DNA of 64,000 nucleotides from Lingula anatina (taxonomy: Eukaryota > Animalia > Brachiopoda): the NCBI GenBank assembly GCA_051362555.1, contig CM120644.1, positions 15,708,534 to 15,772,533 on the forward strand. Reading direction: 5' to 3'. Positions 36,205 through 50,500 of the stretch are shown here, piece by piece; positions within the stretch are counted from its first letter, which is position 1; each line of letters opens with the position of its first letter. The position numbers and the translations under genes were made by a program. The notes under the pieces were generated by a model. The model saw only the letters and a program-made list of their open reading frames with translations, ran no database searches and was not told the origin of the DNA.

Positions 36205-38114
36205 AGTAAACAAGTCGTTCTGAAATACAATATATGTGTTCAACAGGCCCACAGAGAAACACCCACGCTGATTTTTACTTTATACCTTCAGAAAACGCTT
36301 AAAATATGAATTGGCAACTTGCTCGTCTTGGAGTACGTAAAAATAGTAACTTATTTTGTTTTCCTTTTCAGAAAACTACTATTTAAAATTTGATTTGATA
36401 ATTCCCCCCTTAAATTACTAACCCAAGTGAACCACATAGTAAGACCTATTTATCTCGGATGTATTAGAAAGGGATAACATCTGCTCGTTTTGGCCAAAAA
36501 GTGGATTTTCAAAAATAATTGAACGCCAATATTTCCATGCTTACCAACTGTTAATAAATCTAATCCGACAGTTAAGATTAGTCTCTTTTTTTCTTTTAAC
36601 ACAACAATTTTAGATCCTCAGAAAATCGTTTCAATGTCAAATTGACATCTTCTTCAGTCTACAACGACCTTTTTCTCAATATCTAAAAAGTTTTTTTTTA
36701 GGAACATATGACTCGAACCGGTATTTTCTTATTTGATTTATAAGAAAGTTATTTGTCATATCTGATTTCATTATTACTTGCACAATTACACGTTTACGCA
36801 TTCATGGTAACTTACCCTCTTCTTATTTTTCAACCGCTTTTACTCCTATCGTTCGCAATGTCACTGCGCGTTATGACTACTGGAACAGTACGTATTTTCA
36901 GGCATCAACATCATTTTGACAGATAAAATAAATGATACCAGCATTATAATGTCGGACAGCTTTTCTTACAATTATCAATAGGTATAATACAAGGGACAAA
37001 AAGTATGATCGCAATTACTTTCGACGAATTCATTTTCCCACCAGCATTAATTCTTTACAGACACAAGACATACTGTATTACTGAATATATGATTCTGGTA
37101 GACATATGCTATGAAAAAACTAAAATCATCAAAATTCTAGAGTTTTGATGGCTATCTTAATATAGGCTGCTTAGGTGTGGTCTATTGGGTATATTATTAA
37201 CTAGTCCGAGGATCAAATATGGCCATTCCACTTGAATATTTCCCCACGGGAAATCTATTCAGTGTCTATAAGCGGGATAGACGGCAAGCTTTTTAATGGG
37301 TCGCCATATTTGACCAGTGGACTAACTAGTTCACTGTCCTGAATGTGGCCTAGGACTGTTAAAAACATCAAAAACAATTATATCCATAAATAGCATCACG
37401 GTAAGAAAAATCGAAAACGGACGTATATACCGTAACTTTTCTCACCAGGTTTGGATAGGAAACAAAAAAAGTACATTGGTGATAAAGGAAAAACTCTTTT
37501 TATATTTTGAAGATAGCTATTTATGGATGCATATAACGCCATATATCATTGACGCGAACCTGGCGGCCACTAAGAGGGGGCATTCACAACAGATGACCCT
37601 CGGATCTACTGATCTGCAGATCAAATATGGCGGATCCTACATGAAACCTGAGCCGACTAATCCGCTGTTAATCTCCCTGCTGCCGCCAGCGCCATTAAAC
37701 GGATTAAACCGCGTCTCCTAGGTTTAATCGCTAGCCCCTGCTGGGACGGCGCGTGTGGTCGCGGAGAGACCCTCAGCGGATTAGTAGGCTCTGCCATCAT
37801 GTAAGGTCCTCCATATTTGATCCGCGGATCAGTAAGTCCGAGGATAAACTGTTGGGAATGCCCTCTAAATCAAACCACACACCCTTTGAATTAAACATTG
37901 CACCTTTTCATCTGCCACATTCCAAGGTGACGTTCAGTTTGAATAGGGTGGTTGCCTGGGCGTTAGATCACTGGTTGTCAATTTTGATGCTCATTTTACG
38001 TCCAAATCGCAATTTAATTTTGCAATGATTATTATTCCATATTATTCATTTAGCATGGCTTAATGCAGTGGCGGAGCTTATTATTTCCAAGCTCACTGAT
38101 TGTTCTGGTTGAAA

Positions 38115-38314
38115 ATGTTCAACGTGTCAAAAATCGCCCAACGTACTCGGTCGTTAGTGCGGCTCTTTCAAATAGACCGTGATTTAACAAAACTTGTTCA
38201 ACCCACAGGTACCCTGCGGCTCAAGACTAACTGCCGACCTAGTGTAGTTCTGGGATCTGCGCTATACTCCAAGCGGCCAGGAGAATAACGAACCAAACAC
38301 CACGTCTTGAAAAG
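38115..38314 (+). pseudogene. Orphan, frameshifted mitochondrial-leader-type exon (second copy)
   Basis: MFNVSKIAQRTRSLVRLFQ...SVVLGSALYSK / (-1 frameshift) / AARRITNQTPRLEK|GTAC. Confidence 0.6.
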
Positions 38315-39403
38315 GTACATGTACATGTACGTAGAAGAATATCTGCATTTCATCTTTAATTACCGAAGTATGTTAAGCTTTCACTTCCGCTTTTCTCTCT
38401 GTCTTTCTGTTTTTCGTTTTATCACTAACTCAAATAAACCAATCACTAATATGAAAGCAAAATTGAATGCCAGCGTCTTATGTTTATGCTTAAATCTAAG
38501 TTTACCTCACACATTTTGGCAGAAAAAAGTTCAGATGCTTAATCACCACCTTATAGGTTAACCATCAGGGGATAGGTCGGCATATATTTTAAGTGGGTCG
38601 GCCATGTTTGATCCGCTAATCTGTTAGTCAACTTGTACTGAATGCGGACTTTGACGGTTCTATTGTCTTTGTAGTTTTCTGCTGTTTCTGTACATGTATA
38701 TAAGGTAAAAGTTACTATGCACATCAGCATAATATGCACACATATTACTACTCTCGCCTGACTTTGGGATTATGACACACGTACCTATGATACAGAAGAC
38801 TTACATATTTATAATGGCTTCCAGATAACTCTTGACAACTTAAATGATTAATCCAGGTGAATCATATAATATATTCGAGACATATAATGTTATAAATTAT
38901 CCTTCTGTGACAGCACTAATAATGGATTCTGACACCAGGAAATATAATACAGGTTGCTGCGAGTTTAAATACTTGTGAACAGGCTTGGTGAGGCTTTAAA
39001 TGCACACTGAGGCCCCATTCAGAAAAGGGGGCTAACTATAGTCCGAGGGTCAAATATGGCCGACCCACTTGAATACTTCCCCGCGGGATATCTATTCAGT
39101 GTTTATTAGTGGATTAGACGACAAGCTTTGTAGTGGGTCGCCATATTTGACCTTCGGACTAGTTACATGCTGTCCCCTATTCTGAATGGAGCCTAAGATA
39201 GACCAAAAGGGACATTCGGCATATACAACAGCTCTTCTTTATATGATTCTTCTTTATATGATTGCATGACCAACAAATATATATCTTGTTGAATAATTAG
39301 TATGTACAAAAGGGCCCGGTTTTATCAACACTTGATAATTAATAGCACTATATCCTATGGAAACTATGTAGTACTTGGATTAAGTTATCCTCTCTACAGC
39401 CAT

Positions 39404-39776
39404 CCCGTGGGTAAAATATTGTTTTACATATCTATATATTGCTACAACATCTATAAATTCTTGAAACGTTAAAATGTCTACCTTGAATCAACATTTACAT
39501 CTGATAAAAATATCAATGTTGCAACGTAACATGGAATCAACGTCGAATCAACATTAAAAATTTACTGAAATATCAACGTTAAAAAATGAAAGTTGAATCA
39601 ATGTTGAAATAAATTTGGTTTAAACACTTAATCTCACTTCAACGTTGAATTACATGACGTACCATTGTTGAAATGTGGTCGTTGAATCAAAGTTGAATCA
39701 ACATTTACATCTATCAACGTCTCAACGTTACTTCAACAAAGAATCAACACTGAATCAACGGTGTGTGCCTCCTGGG
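39404..39776. mobile_element. Degenerate CCC...GGG (EnSpm/CACTA-like) non-autonomous element with TCAACGTTGA repeats
   Basis: Many GAATCAAC/GTTGAATC motifs; ends GTGTGCCTCCTGGG; related to 45649-45746. Confidence 0.5.
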
Positions 39777-40171
39777 CCGATGGTTGAAAAACCTGCTACG
39801 CTCGGGCTAATTGTTACAAGGACAATATTTTTTTATCCAATGCACCCAATGCAGTGTTACCAAAGGGATCGCACTATCCATTGTAGATGAACCTAGGCCC
39901 AAGTCGACACCATTTTACTAGCCCGGGCGCCTGCCGTGACCTAATGAAGTATAGCTACTGTATAAGGTGGACAGGTTATTTAAAGCGGCAGCGGGTGTAT
40001 TGATGTCCTCAGATAACCTTGCCATCCGAGCTGTATATTGTGTCCATATCTTTCTGTCGGTGTTCGGGTATAACAAGTACTACTTACAACAGGCGAATGA
40101 TTTGGCAAAGAATACGGTGCAGTTTACAGCTGTTTTTAAGCCCGAATGCGCCCCATCTCAAGACGGCCAAT

Positions 40172-43100
40172 ATGCCTAAGCTCTTCCAAACAAGCAGGGC
40201 TATGCTGTCAACTCAGCGGTTAGTGATTGCTATGGACTCTACCCATAGAATGGGAAATAGTTTGCCTCTTTGTTTAGGTCTGGGATGCGTTCCCTGCGTC
40301 CAACCCTCCCGAGGATTAAAGAAGCAACCACCAGCGCCTCCCTTAACAAGAGTAAGTACATGTACTGTAACTCTAAGAAGGAGGAATTTCGAAAAGATTT
40401 TTTTTTATGATTCTATATTTAAAAATATCGAACGCCCTCGATGTGTTTAGTCACAGGGCTGTTACATTTTTAGCAGGCACTGACGTTTTGTTGGAGGGAT
40501 ATATATATATATATATGGGGAGGGCACAAATAATTGGTGTAGCTTCCATCGGCAATGTAGGACAGGACACAGAGAGGAAACTGCTTTTTTGTTAATTGGA
40601 CCCGCTCAATTTTATCGGTAGAGCAAGTCGGCGGGAAATGTACCCGCTAACGCGTCACAAACCCCTAAAACATCCCACCCGATGTGACAAGAACGGTTGT
40701 CCGCTGGGTTAACCGTTGTTTATTCCCCATCACTTTGTACAGGTGACACTTGACTCATATACTAACCACAAAACTACTACTAACCCTCACCTGTACTATA
40801 GGCATATTGTTATAGTTCACGCCAGGATCATAGTGCACTAGCTACATGTATAACAATATGATTAAAATGCATGTCAGGGTTTGTCGTACCGGGGTAGTTT
40901 TGTATTTGGAATATGGGGGCTATAACCATATGGGACCGCGGACTACAATTCCTAGGACTACTATCCCTGTCACTTCCGAATACGTAATACGTAGGGACAG
41001 TTATGTTATCTGTAATGCATTGAACGCAATTGGCAGTGGGTCTTTTCCGAAATCAACCCATTATGCAGCACTAGAACTATAGAAACCCTTGGGACAGTTT
41101 GGTTAGTTCGGCCGCAATGGGCACGGTCCGCTCTATCGCTTAATAAGTTATCTTTCTCTGACCTACTAACCCCAAGTATTAACCTGATGCATGTTTATAT
41201 TGGGGCAATGGTCAGAAGGTTCATTGGTCATAGGTTTCAATAGTCCGAATAAATGCATGTAAAAAGTGAATAGTGCACTAGTAATAAGTTAAATTGATCA
41301 GAATCTGAATTAACGCATGTATAAAGTGAATGGTGTACTGGCAATCAAGTTTTAAAGTATTAGAGTCCGAATTAATACTTGAATTAAGTGAAGAGTGTAC
41401 TGGCAGTAAAGTTAAGTATTGGAGTCCGAATTAATGCGTGAATAAAGTGAAGAGTGTACTAGTAATAGATTAAAGTCATCAGAGTCAGAAATTAATTCTA
41501 GAGGAAAGTGAAGAGTGTACTAGTAATAAATTAAGTTCATTAGAGTCAGAAATTAATGCATGAATAAGATGAAGAGTGTACAAGTAATAAATTAAGTTCA
41601 TCAGAGTCGGAAATTAATTCATAAATAAAGTGAAGAGTGTACTGGTAATAAAGTAAAATTCAACAGAGGCTCGTGCATACGATTTTCTAGGACCAATGAA
41701 CCGTCGGATTATCGAGCCCCCCCTCCTTTATATTTAGGCTCGATCACACTCCAGCACATCAATGTCAGAATGAGTATCGCAATTGAAATGGATTATACTC
41801 ACTACTTTGAGAGGTTAAATTAAATTACCCCTTTTCCAGCGTATGATAATGAACATTAAAGTTGCGTACAGACATTAAATGGATAGCATATTTGTAACGT
41901 AGAAATTACGTTAGAACAGCGTATGCGTAACATATCCAAGCATGGGTATGTTAACGTTTGTAAGCGTACATTAATAATATTTGAGTACTATATTTAGGTT
42001 TTATATTTAAGTTCCCCAAATATATGATTCAAAAGCAACCTATTTTCTTTCCTGGGAAGGTGCGGCAAATGGTCTTCGGGTACTTGTCCAAGGGGAGGGG
42101 GATTGTCGGGCGGGGGGCGGGGGGGGGGGGGGGGAGGGGGTGGTCCTGGAATCTTGAATGCCGTATGTGAGCTCATATAAGTGCCGTAGATGAGCGCACG
42201 AGTAACGCACCTGAAGCATCGAAATATTTTGCTGATTACTTTGCGCTGTCAACTGGATCAGGTCCAACTGGTGCTCTCAACAGCTGTAACGAACATATTT
42301 TTAAATAGAAATATGATTAACCCGCAGGCAATAAAACGTACGTGTAGGGGATACGTGTTCCATGCGCTTATCGTACGTCGGGAATACGTGATCAGTCATT
42401 TTTCTCATACGTGAGTGCTATATGCGCTAGAGGGTGGCTGTCTTAAGGTTGGCCCAATGTCGCCAACCGCCAAAATTGTGCAGACATCATGCGATGCCGA
42501 CTATCAGATAATTTTTTTTTATTTTATAAAAAGCAAGACTTTAACCTAGACTGTTTCTATATTGTACGCTTTACTTCCAGGCAACCAGGAGATTAAATAC
42601 CCGAACATCACGTCTTAAAAAGTGGGTAGAAGAATATATGTACTACCTCAGCTTTAATAAAAAGCACAATATGTTTTGGGACTGATGTTTTTCAATGAAA
42701 CATTCCAGATGCCGAGTGATTACCCGCCAGTGACTGGCTCATACCACTGGAAACGAAAAATACGCACAATGTTCAACCGTTTAGATTCGACCGGGGATGG
42801 CTGCCTTACAAGAGAAGACTATGTTAAGGGTGCAACAAGGGTTGCGGAGTATTTGGGGTTAAATGGTAATTAGACAATCCAAATTGCTACAAGTAACGCT
42901 CTACAGTGCCTTATATTTCTATGATGTTGAACTCCCAAGATAGATGTATATTGAAAACCCTGGCATTTTGTCTCTTGTACAGAAACTGCACATAAAATAT
43001 TTTGTTAAGCGAGCAAGTGTATTTCGTTGTCTCTTGAATGTAGCAATAAAATATATCACAGGTTCTGAGTAGACTCATGTGCATTGAAAGGGTCATTATC

Positions 43101-43701
43101 ATTCATAAAAATAATAATAATAAATTATTATCTATTCAATATTAGTGAGCCTTTTCATTATTTTTGTTGCTATTGTTGTTGTTATCTATTGAAGATTATA
43201 AGCATTTCAATTCTTATAATTATAATAATAATTATTAGTATTATTAACAATTATTATAACCTATATATCCCAATCTTACGTCTTGCAGAAAAGGAAAGCC
43301 ACCGTATTTTACACCAATTCCTCTATTTGTGGGGACTTCACATTGACAACGACGCTGATGACCAAGCCGCCAAAGTGACGGAAAAGGAATTCATGCAGAA
43401 CTGGACATCGGTCATCAACGAAAGCTCTTTCCGACAGGACCTCTATCCCAGAAGCATCTCCGCGGATTTCCGCGCCATGGACATCAACGGGGATGGTTTC
43501 ATCTCGAAGGAGGAGCACGCAGCTTTTTACTACGGTATACAAATCCCTATCGAAGATTCGATGAAGTTATTTGGCGTATTGGACAGTGACAAAGATGGAT
43601 TCATATCTATTGACGAGTACGCGCGTGGATATCTTGAATTTATGTTGACGGAGGATCCAGGTAACAGGTTCAACGATTTTTTCGGACCACTTGTCGAATG
43701 A
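40172..43701 (+). CDS. SCP/luciferin-binding-protein-like EF-hand protein A with putative mitochondrial leader (249 aa; exons 40172-40351, 42709-42865, 43289-43701)
   Basis: Core MPSDYPPVTGSYHWKRKIRTMFNRLDSTGDGCLTRED...DINGDGFISKEE...DSDKDGFISIDE...FFGPLVE. The 157-nt and 413-nt exons with a phase-1 intron are shared with paralogs. The leader ends AGA|GTAAGT (phase 0) and the core starts CAG|ATG. Core exons are more certain than the leader. Confidence 0.75.
41202..41720. mobile_element. MITE with imperfect TIRs enclosing about seven ~60-bp tandem repeats
   Basis: GGGGC..GGTTCATTGGTCATAG / CTAGGACCAATGAACC..GCCCC; unit approximately AAGTGAAGAGTGTACTAGTAATAAATTAAGTTCATCAGAGTCAGAAATTAATGCATGAAT. 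Confidence 0.7.
42535..42621 (+). pseudogene. Decayed 3' part of a leader exon just upstream of the gene A core
   Basis: LYFQATRRLNTRTSRLK followed by GTGGGT resembles the orphan exon ends (LYSKAARRITNQTPRLEK); upstream in-frame stop and wrong phase. Confidence 0.45.
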
Positions 43702-44558
43702 ACACAATTCGAGCATGCGCAGTGATATACAATGTAAAACTGGGGTTTGAACCGGTTTAAACCGTGCACGTTCTCCATTTTGCCTCTCTTAGAAATAATC
43801 AGCCCATAATGATATGCGTGGTACAATATATGGTGGAATCAGAATATTAAACGAATGTTTGCAGACAGATTATGAATAATACGTTTATAATGATAATATG
43901 ATATTATAATACGTTTATACATATTTTATATAAAAATATATAAACAACACGACCAATGTGATAATAAACGTAATGCAGCCGCTATGCATAAGCTCAAATT
44001 CAAATCAAGCCCCACAAGTTCTGTTATCATACATCAACAGCTCAACGAGCAGAGTGGGACCAATGTATACTTTGCAATTATTTTTTTTGAAGTACATATA
44101 AATATTACCCGTGTAATAAATACAATAGGGTCCGCAGGGTGAACACGAGTGCCTTTTAAAAGTGTGTGCTGTACCCTATAGTTCCATGGCCGTACCCACC
44201 TTGTCAACGAATAAATGTGCAGTGTAGGCCTGCTCAGTTGCATCACTGCTTATTTACGTGACACAGTAAGTCTGTTATGCGACGTATGGCGCTTGTTGTG
44301 ACCTACTTTCTTGTCTTGTAGCTATAAGGTCAACTGCATAGTTAATTTTTAGTTTTTTCCGTCTGGAGGGTTCAGTGTTCTAGACAATTGTACCATTTGG
44401 GTCATAAACTGTGTTGGTTCGTAATTAGATAACGTCCCGATGTTTGGGTACAGGATTCATCAGGCGCATGATTAGGCGAAGAGGATAGTGCTGCATACAG
44501 TCAACAGTAGTGTTATCAATTCCTATTGCATCCCAGCTACAAAAAAAAAAGGACCACC

Positions 44559-47500
44559 ATGTCGAAGTTTTTTCAACGGAGTTGGTGGGTGCAGAGACTT
44601 GTGCAGTCGAGCCGGGGGTTGGTAATGGCTGCGGACTATGCCAAAAGAACAGGATACAGTGTGCTTCTTGGTGCGGCTCTAGGATGGACCCCCTGCGTCC
44701 AACCTTGCCGAGGATTAAAAAAGCAGCCAGACGTGCCACCCTTTAGAAAGGTGGGTATTCGAAGAACTGGGGGGGGGGGGGGGCGTTATGAAAATACCTT
44801 TCATAGCGAATTCCATCTATACTAAAGGTTATAACCTAAGTGGTGGTAGCGGTGGTGTGTGCGTGTGTGTGTGTGTTTGTGTGTGTGAAATGAGGGAAGG
44901 CCTGTAGCCAGCAATTTCAAAGGGGGGTTCGTTTTCTGAAAAAGTGGACCTTTTCCCATGAAAACTTCATGCACCTAGATTAAATTTTACCCAGAGTGGA
45001 CCTTTTCCCAGCAAAAGGGGCGGTTCTTTCGAACCCCCCGACCCCCCCCCCCCCCCCCCCCCCCCCCCCGGCTACGGGCCTGGAGGGGATGTTTGGGTAC
45101 ACATTTAACTACATTTATAAGACACTGAGGACAAGTCTGAAAGGAATATGGCCACTAACGCGTTACCTATCCCCACCCCGCCAAATCCCCACTCCCACCG
45201 GGGATAGATCATTAATAGGAACAAATAGATGTTTTTAATGATTGCATTTAACGAGATCGGGGTGGGACATTTGCGAAATCACTCTCTTTCATCTGCATAA
45301 ATCTAGGACTCAGTATCGGGTCATAGCATAAATATACATGTAGGTCTGTCCTAGGACTCATAAAACAGATTTTTTGGTCGGGTTACAGTTGGGTTAATTA
45401 GTTCGTCAGCAGTGGCCTCGGTCCGCCCTATAGTTACGTAAGGCACCTCAGCTGAACTCTGTCTATAACTCCCTACGTAATCCTTATCAGGCTATATCTC
45501 CATTTGGCCGACTTACTAACCCCATTAAGTTCCCCAGACGCATTTGTTTAATTCGGCCTTTTTATCACATAGCACAGTACCGGTGTGACGAAACTGAGGA
45601 TCCGTGTAACGCAGTAGTCCACAACTCTCCATTTAGTTATACAGGTTACCCAGCAGGCAAACGACATTGATTCTACGTTGATTCAACGTTGATCCACCAA
45701 AATTAACGTTGATTCAACAGTGAATCAATGTCGTTTGTCTGCTGGGTAGGGTAGTCCTGACGTACAGTGTAAGGGGGTCAAAACCTAAGACTGGGTTCCC
45801 ACAGATTTAGATCGATCCATCTGGATCGACCTAACTCCCTGGGGGTTCACGCTTAATTGCTGTCAGCTTCCTGGAGCCGAGCGCGCACAAAAGTTAATTA
45901 CCCCCTTATAGCTTTTAGTAGGCTGGACAGACATTTAAGGTAGATCGGTCGTTACGTAATTTGACGATTTGCGCAATTTCAGCGCATCGTCAATCGCTTC
46001 TAACGACATTTCAGTCTGTTTTATCAATTTGAGGAAATAAAACAATTATCTATAAGATAAACACACATTATCAACTTGTCTGTAACTCGGTACGATCGAT
46101 ACAGATTTTCGAAAACATTCGTCGACTATGATTCCATACGACAACTGTAGAACGTTCATGCGTATGTTTGTAAACATTGCCAAGTCATTCGTCTAGACCA
46201 CAATCCTTTGCGGCTTGCAGCAGTTCTTCGCCGTGGGAATTTTAAACGCTCAGAAGAAAAAGGCGCAAAGTAAGTAAAAAAATGTCCTTTACTGTTTTAT
46301 TATTTTTTGTGTGTGACAGTGTTATTTTTCTGCATAGTCAGATCATTTAAAGATACAATTAACATCTTATTACAAAGTACAGAGTTTTAGACGACAACCG
46401 TGCTAAAGGTGAATATTGCGCAGTGTGGTTGTTGCGCTTTGGGAATTGAATGACTTGTTCTCGTCTTGGCTGACCTATATTAAGGTCAATCTAACTCCAA
46501 TCAGCTGATTATAATTTCCCTCACAGTATTCTTCATACATTGTGGTACATTGGAGTTGTTAACTTCATTCTGCATCACTTTACAATATCAGTGTGTTTTT
46601 TGGACGCCCAGGGAATAGCGATGTGTTTATATAAAGCTCTTGAGCAGTTACTTGGCATTCAATATTTGGAATCCCGTACTACATATAGCGGTCCAAGCAA
46701 TTAAGGGAAGTACAAACTTTATAAGACATCATACTTTTGTGCAGTGTTTACTATTTTTTATTTTATTATTATTCTGTACTGCCCAAGATGTAAATGGAGG
46801 CTTACTTGATAGCTTCAGTACCTCCGACTGTAACTTGGGAAGAGCTATTTTGGGTCATTGGATATTGGGCAAGTGTGATGAAAAATATTTTTCTAAGGAA
46901 AGCATGCAAGCTCAATGGTAGAGCGTTCACCTACTTATACCTGCAGGTGAAAGGTTCTGGGTTCGATTCCCAGGCTCTCTCTAATGTTATATTTTCTGCA
47001 ACTTGCCTACCAGTCAAATATACCCAACAGACTTTTTTTCTGAATCATTATCATGTATCATTATCATGTATCATATAGTCCATTTTTCTAAAAAGTAACT
47101 TATGTACCCAATTTTACATTTTGATTTTTTTCTGTATTTACTAATACTTATACATGTACATATACCATTATATAACTGCATATATATATATATATATAGT
47201 ATATCATGATTATTTCATTTTCAGGGTAATGAACAATGGAGCCTGCAACTTTCAGCAGAATAACACATGATGTGAGAGGGAAGGGAAAGTTTGTAACAAA
47301 ATCTGAGCAAACTCGTAGAAAAAAGTGTTCTAGAATCCTCCAAAATACTAGTTCTAAGCAAGAATTTACAGGCACGCACAAGGCATTATCAGAGGGATGC
47401 CATACATATCACATTCCTCAAGAGTCTGTAGCTGATATTAATTTTTGTGTCAGTGAGGAGGTTGTGGGTGATGATGAAACATCTGATGGGGAGGAGGTTG

Positions 47501-50500
47501 TTTCTCTGGACTGGAGAGAGGGGAGGCGGGTGGTGGAGCTGGGTATGTTAGCTGATGCATTGGACTCATGTGAAGGTTGCAGTTTGCCTCTACGTTTGTC
47601 GTCTTGTGTGGGTGAAAAAAAGGCAGGATAAGGAGGATGGGTAAGAGTGAGGTGCGACAATCCAATTTGTCAGCACATCCAAAATATACCATTAGGAAAG
47701 AGGCATAATTCAACTCGCTCAGGAAGAAAAGTGTGGGACGTGAATACCAAATTAGCTACAGGTAATGTCATATCTTGTCTTTACTTTATGTGATAAATTC
47801 AGTGGATAATAAAATTACATAATGGTATATTATAATGTTATCTGTCAAAAACATGATGTTAATTTTATCAATGGTGAAATTTGACACCTTGCAGTACTTT
47901 CACATATTATGACATATTTTGTATTGCAGGGATGATTCATGCAGGAGTTGGGCATTCTCAGCTCCAGAGTATTTTTAGTACCCTTAACTTCCCCCCTTTG
48001 GGTCACAACATTGTAAAAAGGAGTGAAAGGGAAATTGGGATAGCCATAGAAGAGGTGGCACAGTCATCCACTGATTCAGCAACACAAGAAGAAATGCACT
48101 TGCTAAAGTAACATATAAATATTCTATGCTAGTGTTTAAACATGTTGTAATTCTGATATCATTCTAAAGTTGACTTGTGAAAAGTACTTAAGGAGTTTTA
48201 ACACTCATTAAAATGAGTGTTTTTTTTAAGCATACAATTTGTTTTTAAACCCCTTGTTTTAATTGTCAGTGCTGCCAATACTGCGGAACCAAAGTTAGAA
48301 GTGAGTGTGGATGGTGGGGGGCAAACACGTGGAAGTGGCCGTAATTATGGCAGTCTTTCAGGTTAGTAAAATATTCAAATGATCAAATACATAATTTATT
48401 ATTATTATGCAGAACATGTTTGCTTTAACTATTGATTAGCCATAATAACTCTGTTAGGAATGTTCTAATTTAAGAAATCACTTAAAAATAAATAAATAAT
48501 ATTCACCATTTCCCCTATTTAAAAAATAGAATAGTTATCATAACTATTGCTTATCTACTAAATTATAAAATAATTATTTAATTATGATTTAAATTCTGAT
48601 TGAAATTGCAATCTCATTAAAAAGAATAATGTACAATCTATAGAATGATGCACTGCACTAGGTTTCTTATTTTGGTTTTTACAATACCTATTTCACTCTC
48701 GTTTGTTAGGTCACTGTGCAATGATAGGCACAAAAACTGGAAAAGTTCTGTCTTACTCTGTTAGAAGTAAAAAATGCAGATTTTGCAATCTTAGTCAGAA
48801 CCAAATGAAAAGGCATGACTGCCGTATGAACTGGGAAGGAAGTGCAAAAGCTATGGAAGCAGACATGGTAGTTGAAATGGTCAAGAACTCATCTAATACT
48901 ATCTGCTCCATAATTGGAGACGAAGATAGCACCACCATGGCACGTGTCCATAGAGAGGTTGATGAAGGCATCCAAAAGATATCTGATACCAACCATATCA
49001 AGAAAATATTAACTAACCAGCTATATAGCCTTCAACCCAATCATAAACAATTATCTTCAAAAATTATAAAATACATTCCCTTATGAAAATTTCCTATAGG
49101 ATCCTATAGGATTCCTATAGGATCCTATAGGAAATCTTATAGGATCCTATAGGGCACATTTCCTATAGGATTTCCTATAGGATCCTATAGGAAATTGTTG
49201 TAAGTTAAAATCTTGAGAAAAATTTATAAAGTATAGCTTCCCTTTTAGCCAACAAAGAAATACTGTTTATTCTCTTTATTTCTTATAAAACTGTGATCAA
49301 TTGCTCATCAAAATATTTCTATAAATGCAGTTGAATCTAAAAAAAAAATTACATTTCATATAACTTTTGGTTTGTGATTTATTAAAAATTATCTATTAAT
49401 GTTATCCACAACTGCCTCAAAGGAACCATCATGATATATAACTGAGAAAGACCTATGCTAATAAATAACATACAATTAACATGTTAGAGAGGCTGTCAGG
49501 GCAAATTTCATTACCTCACATGTTCTTCAGGATCGTTTATTTGCCAAGTTTTCTTTTCATTTAATTTCTTTTCAACCATAAATGTGAGGTAAACACCATA
49601 GTTTGTTTAAAAATATTTTTTGCTTACCTATACATATTGGAAATGAAATGTGCATTGTGAAAATCTGACCATTTTGCTTACACGGAAGCTATAAATTTTA
49701 ACTTGGAGTTGCTTTTTTTGTGGTTTGGACTGATGATTTAAGTCAAGCAAAGACTGGTCAGAATATAGGGAATTACTGTTTACCCTCGGAAATTAGTTTT
49801 CCATGAGTTTTTGAGACTTTTTTTGGCCCTGACAGCTCTGTAATGGCCCAATTGCATATTTAACCAGAGTAGAGTTTTCTCCACTGCTGATTTCTGCATT
49901 TTAAAATTCGTTTCTGATTGTTCCTGTGGGCTTGGTTCTATGAAATATGTTCAAGTTCTTAAAAATTTTTTTTTACAAATTATCCAGCTTTAATTCCTTG
50001 TCTTTGAAAAAAACAGTTAACTAATAAAGGCTATGAAATGCTCAAAATAAAATTGGTGCAATGATTATTATTGATCTCATTAGAAAATCTTTCCTTCATC
50101 ATTTTGCATTTTTGTAGACATGTACAATTAATTGAAATTCACAATGTTTTTCTTTTAGATTGTGTCTGCAAATGGTTCAACACAACTTAGATGGAGTTTA
50201 AGAAGACTATCACAGTAAAGTTGAACAATGTGCAAAAGACTTTTGTCTAAAATTCTTCAATTATTAAGTGACTAAAGCAGTATGCTGACAATGTACACAA
50301 TCTGGCCAAGGGAGGTTTTAGCCACTCATTCTGGCAGGAGTTCGAACGCACACAAGAAAAAGACAGTGATGCCACAGCTTGACAAGACATATTTGATCCT
50401 TGTGATAACTTATAGAACTTATAATTCAAAAGCAGTAGCAGCATCGTTAAATTTGCAAAAATCTATGAAACAATTCTCTAGTAAGCTGGTTGCATAGCAT

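Noticed and set aside
41240-41660. Regularly spaced repeats resembling a CRISPR array
   Set aside because: Whole ~60-bp units are homologous with no unique spacers; no cas genes; eukaryotic context.
43084-43288. Hydrophobic N-terminus of the 205-aa ORF (and of ORF 52116-53039) suggesting a membrane anchor
   Set aside because: It is AT-rich intron read-through upstream of clear acceptors at 43288 and 52191.
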